Assembly: GCF_004010195.1 (NCBI RefSeq)
Contig: NC_057719.1
Location: forward strand, 7,252,795 to 7,295,526
From: Chiloscyllium plagiosum
Lineage: Eukaryota
Direction of reading: 5' to 3'
Length of the DNA: 42,732 nt
Part shown: positions 36,190 to 42,732 of the stretch, piece after piece
Layout of the letters: every line of letters starts with the position of its first letter
How positions within the stretch are numbered: position 1 is the first letter of the stretch
The notes under the pieces: generated by a model
What the model was told of the DNA's origin: nothing
Databases searched by the model: none
The model's input: only the letters and a program-made list of their open reading frames with translations
Position numbers and translations under genes: made by a program

Positions 36190-36900
36190 AATTATGCCAC
36201 ACAATGACCATCTTGAATAGGAGACAATCTAACCATTATCCCTTTTTATTCAATGATACTACTCTCACTGAATCCCCCATTATCAACATCCTGGGGGGAG
36301 TTATCATTGACCAGAAACTGAACTGGATTTGTTATATATTCACAGTGGCTACAAAATATTGCAGGATTATCCCATCCTGATTCCTCGAGCCTGTCCACCA
36401 TCTACAAGGCACAAGTCAAGAATTTGATGGAATGCTCACCACTTACCTAGATAACTATAGTTCAAACAATACTCAAGAAGCTTGACATTATCCAGGACGA
36501 AACAGCCCACTTGATTGGCACCACATCCATGAGCATTCAATCTCCACCACTGACACTCAGTAACAGCTACAAGATGCACTGCAGAAACTCACCGAGGCTC
36601 CTTACATATCACCACTCACACCCATGACCACTTTCATCTGAAAGGACAAAGGCAGCAGATACATAGGGACACCAGCACTTGCACATTTGTCTCCAAGCCA
36701 CTCACCATCCTGACTTGGAAATATCAGTTGGTTGGGCCAAATTGCTGGAATCCCCTCTTTAAGGGGTATTGTGGGTCTATGTACAGCACATGGACTGCAG
36801 TGGTTCAATATTGCAGCTTACCACCATCACCAAGGGTAACCAGAGATGGACAATAAATGTCCACTTACTACCCAGTCAGTGATGCCCAAAAGTGAATTTT
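36190..36900 (+). mobile_element. Old CR1/L2-group LINE 3' fragment
   Basis: Reverse-complement homolog of 29880-30700 (accatctacaaggcacaagtca, gcagatacatagg, ctcaccatcctgacttggaaatat). Confidence 0.78.
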
Positions 36901-38832
36901 TAAAGAAATTGGTCAATGTTCCATCACTTATGTAATTTAACCCCATTAGAATAACCTTGCATTGCTTTTACCCTCATGCTTACCAGCTTCTGCTTCAATG
37001 CATTGATGCTATTTGTCACCAATACACTCTGTGGTAGCAAATTCCAAATTTTCTACATTCTGAGTAAAGCTGTTTCTCCTAAATTTCTCATTGGATTTAT
37101 TAATAATCTTATATTTATGGCCAGTAGTATGAATCTCCTGCATCAATGGGAACATCATTCTTGTGCCCTCCCTATCAAATCAAATTAGGTCGCCACTCAG
37201 CTTTCAAATTAATTGCTAAAATGGTAATTGATACTTTGGATCATAACAACAGTCTGTTCAACACCACTTATTACCCTAGATAAACATGATAATTAGGGGC
37301 AGTACCAACATTTTTTTTAATTAATAGAGGAGAAGAGGAAAAGACGTGCATCTCTCCATTATTCTTAAAGAATGTCAGTGCTGTGGGATGGAACATTTTC
37401 AATAAAGGCACTCAGAATTATCACAAAATATTTCTTCTAAGTCAGTATTGTGCAATCTAATGCGAAGTTTCAAGACACTACAACTCCAGTTTGTTGAATC
37501 TTTCAGATTGGTAAGTTACAGATAAATCCTTGTAAACCATTTTTGTACCTTTTCACTACCTCTATCTGTTTTCATTCAAAATTAACCGAGAAAAGTATGT
37601 CTCAAGAAAGAGATTATCACAAGTCCAACAACAAAAGGTCGGGGTAAATGGATGGATATAGAATCAGCATTACAAAGGACTACAAATCATTACCCCTCAC
37701 GTTGAATTCTCTCAAACTCTCAAAATTTCTAATGATAAATAGAGCATGTAGGAGAAACTCAACAAATCTGGCAGCATCTTTGGAGAGAGAAATAAGGTAA
37801 TGTTTGAGTCCAGTACTCTCCTTAACAGCTCTAGTGGAGTGGGTTTTTTTCCCCCCCGGTAAGAGTAGATATTATTTTAAAGAGAAATGTGTGGATAGAG
37901 AGCAAGAGATGGTAGAGATGTCATCTCAAAACAGACTACTAAACAGTTACTTTAAAAATCCTTCGAAACAGGATCAGAAAAGTACTACTCCTGTATCAAC
38001 ATCAAGACTGAGAGATATACACACGCAAACTTTGTTCATTTAAATTGCACTTTTCATTTTTAAAACAGAAGGTTTCATTATACCCATGGTTTTATATAGT
38101 ATACTTCATCTAGAGAACACACTTTGTGCAAAAGAAAATGGAGGGTGTGAAGTGAAACCCTATCCTTTTGAGATAAGTGGGGTGGGTTATTGAGTTGATA
38201 GATAGTTCTATTTGTGGGTGATTTCATGTACAAGGCGTATTGAGCACAAGATAACCACCTGAGTCTGACTCAATCAGTGTTATGGGGAAATAATGTAAAA
38301 TGACTGAATGCAGGCAAAATAAATTAACCACAAGAGCATTGAATTCACTGTAGGCATGAATAAAAAAATCTTTGTAATGCTTCCAATTGTCTTTTTCAAG
38401 CTCTGATTGCAGATTCCTACAGATTTTTGGGGACACTGTCCCCATATTCTTCTGATACCTACAGTCATACAGACTCCCCCAAATCCTTACACTGGTATCT
38501 ATTCTCTCGAATAAATGCACTGAACATTTCTCGCTATCTAGGCCTCTGCACTTTACAAACTTGATGTGCACCTCTAGCACTTTAACTGTCGATTCCATTA
38601 CAAATGGCTACAAAACAAGGCAACTGAAATAACATTAGATATCAGCCTTCATTTACACTAAAACTCCAGAATAAGACAGGTCCATGGATCTGAAGTAACA
38701 ATTTGATTTAAAGATGATCATATCAAGCATTCAGCATGCTTAGATGTTCAGAAAATATATTATTTGTCTTTTTTAAGTGTCTTGCAATGTTGACAAACAT
38801 AATATTCATGTTGGACCAGCACTAATCCACAA

Positions 38833-39053
38833 TCCTCCCCGTGTCTGCATGGGTTTCCTCCGGGTGCTCCGGTTTCCTCCTACAGTCCAAAGATGTGCAG
38901 GTTAGGTGAATTGGCCATGCTCAATTGCCCGTAGTGTTAGGTGAAGGGGTAAATGTAGGGGAATGGGTCTGGGTGGGTTGCTCTTCGGAGGGTCGGTGTG
39001 GACTTGTTGGACCGAAGGGCCTGTTTCCACACTCTAAGTAATCTAAAAAAAAA
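38833..39053 (+). mobile_element. HE1-type SINE, 5'-truncated
   Basis: ctccccgtgtctgcatgggtttcctccgggtgctccgg...gaagggcctgtttccacact plus an A tail. Confidence 0.85.
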
Positions 39054-39529
39054 GTATGGCTCTCAATCTGCTTTATTATTATGGGGTATTGTTTGAGAGA
39101 GAAATGTTGACTATGAGCTCAGGAAAGCAACCTTTTCTTTCAAAAGAGTGATTGGGTTTGATGTAACAGGTGGGGCCTGAATTTAATGTTTAATTATTGA
39201 GCAATATGGTGTCTCACAAACAGAAAGCTGGGATGGTCAGTCTGGAGTGTTCTCCTGTCCTGCACTGGGATGGTCAGCCTGGATTGGTCTACAACTCGTG
39301 AGTAAGGTTCGACCTTTGCAATCTCTGACCCAAAGATGTAAGTGCCGCCAACTGGTAGAAACTGACACATTGAAACCAGCAAGAGCTTCAAGTCAGCTCA
39401 GTTTGGTCTTCTTTATGTTCTTACAGTACCTTCAAAGTAAATCCCAACCCCCAAGATACAGCAGTCTCTGTTTGCACACTTTAATTGCCTCTCCAATTAT
39501 AATCATTAAATAAAGAAAAACACCAAGGA

Positions 39530-40773
39530 CAGTGTGTGATTTGGATGAAGGAATTGGATGCAATATCTCCAAATTTGCAGATAACACTAAGCTGGGTGGT
39601 AGTGTGTACTGTGAGGAGGATGCTAAGAGGCTGCAGGATAATCGGACAGGCTGGCTGAGTGGGCAAATGTAATATAATGTGGATAAATGGGAGGTTATCC
39701 ACTTTGGTCACAAAAACATGAAAGCAGATTAGGGTGGCATGGTGGCTCAGTGGTTAGCACTGCTGCCTCACAGCACCAGGGACCCAGGCTCAATTCCAGC
39801 CTTGGGTTACTCTCTGTGTGGAGTTTGCACGTTCTCCCCGTGTCTGCGTGAGTTTCCTCCGGGTGATCCGGTTTCCTCCCACAGTCCAAAGATGTGCTGG
39901 TCGGGTGAATTGGCCATTCTAAATTGGCCATAGTGTTGGGTGCATTAGTCAGAAGGAAATGGGTCTGGGTGGGTTACTCTGTAGCCTTGTTGGGCTGAGG
40001 GCCTGTTTCCGCACTGTAGGGAATCTAATCTAATCTAAAAAAAAATCTGAATGGTGGCAGTTTAGGAAAAGGTGAGGTGCAATGAGACCTGGGTGTCATG
40101 GTGGAACATTCACTGAAGGTTGACGTGCAGGTGCAGCAGACAGTGAGGAAAGCTAATGGCATGCTGGCCTTCAGAGCGAGATGATTTGAGTGTAGCAGGA
40201 GAGATGGTTTGCTGCAGTTACACAGGGCCTTAAGGAGGCCACACCTTGATTATTGTGTGCAATTTGGTCTCCTACTGAGGGAGTTCAGCAAAGGTTCACC
40301 AGACTATTCCTGGGATGGCAGGACTGGTATCTAAAGAAAGACTTGATTGACTAGGCTTGTACTTGCTAGAATTTAGATGAATGAGAAAGAACCTCATAGA
40401 AACATATAAAATCCTGATGGGACTGAACAGGCTAAATGCAGGAAGAACATTCTCAATGTTGGGGAATTCCAGAACCAAGGGTCAGAGTCTAAGAATGCAG
40501 GGTAAGCCATTCAGGCCTGAGATGAGAAGAATTTCTTCACTCAGAGAGTTGTGAACCTGTGGAATCCTTTCCCACAGAAAGCTGTTGGAGTCAGTTCATT
40601 AGATATACTCAAGAGGGAGCTGGATGTAGCCCTTGCAGCTAAAGGGATCAAGGGGTATGGACAGAAAGCTGGAGTGGGATACTGAGAGTGCATGGTCAGC
40701 CATGATCATACTGAACGGTGGTTCAGGCTCAAAGAGCTGAATGGCCTACTGCCCCTATTTTCTATGTTTCTAT
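39530..40773 (+). mobile_element. CR1 LINE 3' fragment interrupted by a SINE
   Basis: KFADNTKLGG at ~39571, CR1 C-terminal motifs, ttctatgtttctat tail. Confidence 0.9.
39732..40045 (+). mobile_element. Full-length HE1-type tRNA-derived SINE
   Basis: A box ggtggctcagtgg, B-box-like ggctcaattcc, conserved core, (aatct)n and A tail. Confidence 0.88.
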
Positions 40774-41545
40774 ACCAGCAGAGCCAAGCTGCACTATTAC
40801 CTTTAATGGGAGCAGTTCCCATTTCACAACCTGCTGTACTCGAGTTTAAGTAATCACTACTTCGCAAGATTAATCATTTATAGAGTACCAATTTTCTGCC
40901 TTTAATTCTCATGCTTGCTGCTGGATCTATTACAGCATTGAGATATTTTTGAGGGTATCGCAGAATCTACATTGTGCTACAATTCAGTGCTCAAACACTT
41001 CCTGCCATAGCTCACTCATAGCCACAGGCCCCTGGTATTTTAAGCCTTTATAATGTTCCCTGTGCTATTAGTGGATAGTATTGAATGTGTTTCAAATTAA
41101 ATTAAATTTTAATGACTGCTTGAAGCCTTTTGAAACCTATGAGTAAAGATTGAATGATCGATTGGAAAATGGCTGGATTTTCACATTTCACCATGAACTA
41201 CATTAAATGCTGACAGGGAAAATAAAACATTCCTAGTTATAATTACTGTCTGAATTTAGAAAATGAAAAATCAATTAGTTCAGACAACTGAATCAAAAAC
41301 TGAAGCTCTCTTTGCATGTAGCTTATGATTTTACAGTTGAAACTTAATCAGCACCTCTCACTAAATGATATGGCCTACACAGGATTCCAATCTCACTCTA
41401 CCCGATGGCCTTTGAAGTGACCTCACCAACTGTAATTTGTGCAAATCAAAAGTTAACTCTTGAGCATTGTCCCAATTGTCTACATTTTTACATTCTCTGC
41501 AATTTAGCTGAGATTCGATCAAAGTTTTCAAGATATTTAGGAAAA

Positions 41546-41880
41546 CATAGAACATAGAACATAGAACATAGAAGAATACAGCGCAGTACAGGCCCTTGGG
41601 CCCTCGATGTTGCGCCGATCCAAGCCCACCTAAACTACACTAACCCACTATCCTCCATATACCTATCCAATGCCCTCTTAAATGCCCATAAAGAGGGAGA
41701 GTCCACCAAGCCCACCTAAACTACACTAACCCACTATCCTCCATATACCTATCCAATGCCCTCTTAAATGCCCATAAAGAGGGAGAGTCCACCACTGTTA
41801 CTGGCAGGGCATTCCATGAACTAACGACACGCTGAGTGAAGAACCTACCCCTAACATCAGTCCTATATCTACCCCCCCTT
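41546..41880 (-). mobile_element. CR1 3' end with (ACATAGA)n tail and an 86-bp internal tandem duplication
   Basis: Minus ORF RYRTDVRGRFFTQRVVSSWNALP; duplicated units 41620-41705 and 41706-41791. Confidence 0.9.
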
Positions 41881-42245
41881 AATGGTGGCCCAGGGACAAG
41901 CACCAACGCAGACTCACCTCAGATCCCACGAGACTCTACCTTTTGTAGCAGCCTGCCGTAAGATGTGAAGCGATCCAGAAGAGATTACTGACGCAAAGGT
42001 GACTACACTTAAATGAAAGTGCTGGGAATGGCAACCGTGATGGAACTCGCAGCCAAGGAAGGTCAACACCTCACAAAATGGTGGCTGAGAGTTCACAAAA
42101 TGGTGGCCCAGGGACAAGCACCAACGCAGACACAAAACTGCCACTGCTGTGGAAACACATGTCAGGCAGCAGCAAATTGCTGCTGGAAAGAAGCTGTGTG
42201 CAGAAACTGCAGCATTAAAAAAGAATATATTAAGCGAGAAGAAGT
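41881..42245 (+). mobile_element. Gypsy-type LTR retrotransposon gag fragment (zinc-knuckle region)
   Basis: MATVMELAAKE...NCHCCGNT...CCWKEAVCRNCSIKK resembles decayed gag CCHC knuckles. Confidence 0.6.
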
Positions 42246-42608
42246 TTGAGAGGCAACTTAATTGAGATATATAAGATAATCAAAGGGTTAGACAGGGTGG
42301 ACAGTGATAGCCTTTTTCCTTGGACGGTGATGGCTGGCCTGAGGGGACTTAGCTTTATATTGAGGGGTGATAGGTATAGGACAGATGTCAGAGGTAGTTT
42401 CTTCACTCAGAATAGTAGGCGCATGGAACGCACTGCCTGCAACAGTAGTTGAGTCGCCAACTTTAAGGGCATTTAAACGGTCATTGGATAGTCATATGGG
42501 CGAAAATAGAATAGTGTCGTTTAGAAGGGCTTCAGATTGGTTCGACAGGTTGGCGCAACATCAAGGGCTGAAGGGCCTCAACTGCGCTGTAATCTTCTAT
42601 GTTCTATG
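42246..42608 (+). mobile_element. CR1 3' end, same subfamily as 41546-41880
   Basis: RGNLIEIYKIIKGLDRVD...RYRTDVRGSFFTQ; ttctatgttctatg tail. Confidence 0.9.
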
Positions 42609-42611
42609 TCG

Positions 42612-42686
42612 TAAAAGCACAGCAGGTCAGGCAGCATCCAAGGAGCAGGGGAATCGATGCTCCGAGCATGAGCTCTTCATCAGGAA
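42612..42686 (-). mobile_element. PLE family A 3' fragment with decayed hammerhead core
   Basis: Minus strand CTGATGA A GAGC-tcat-GCTC GGAGCATC (TCATCAG at 42677-42683). Confidence 0.72.
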
Positions 42687-42732
42687 CTAGTAACTACACA
42701 AGTCACGTTCAAAAGTGAAATCTACAACTGAG

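Noticed and set aside
39732..39800. tRNA gene
   Set aside because: The A/B boxes are the head of a SINE and continue into SINE core and tail.
41546..41572. (ACATAGA)n repeat as a CRISPR-like or functional array
   Set aside because: Ordinary CR1 3' microsatellite tail with no spacers; eukaryotic DNA.

Overview
Vertebrate genomic DNA. The repeat complement (HE1-type SINEs, CR1/HER1-type LINEs) points to a cartilaginous fish (shark). The only host gene seen is the 3' end of FOXN3 on the + strand: >=12 kb of the last intron, the terminal coding exon (11972-12518), and a ~5.3 kb nearly repeat-free 3' UTR ending at an AATAAA at 17777. The rest is dense retroelement debris: many CR1 LINE fragments, tRNA-derived SINEs, a probable solo LTR, a Gypsy gag fragment and a 255-N gap. 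Most striking are about a dozen Penelope-like element (PLE) insertions from at least four sequence families. They carry minimal hammerhead-ribozyme cores (CUGAUGA...GAAACGUC or GAAAGCUA), are often arranged as inverted hairpins, and six have 13-14 bp target-site duplications. Also notable: a nested insertion in which a ~134-codon protein-coding fragment (tentatively KMT2A/MLL1-like) fused to a LINE tail sits inside a PLE; a CR1 RT fragment captured inside a PLE hairpin; a 132-bp local inverted templated duplication; and clustered miR-135 8mer sites plus a G-quadruplex motif in the FOXN3 3' UTR. Element boundaries were read by eye and are approximate unless TSDs are given.
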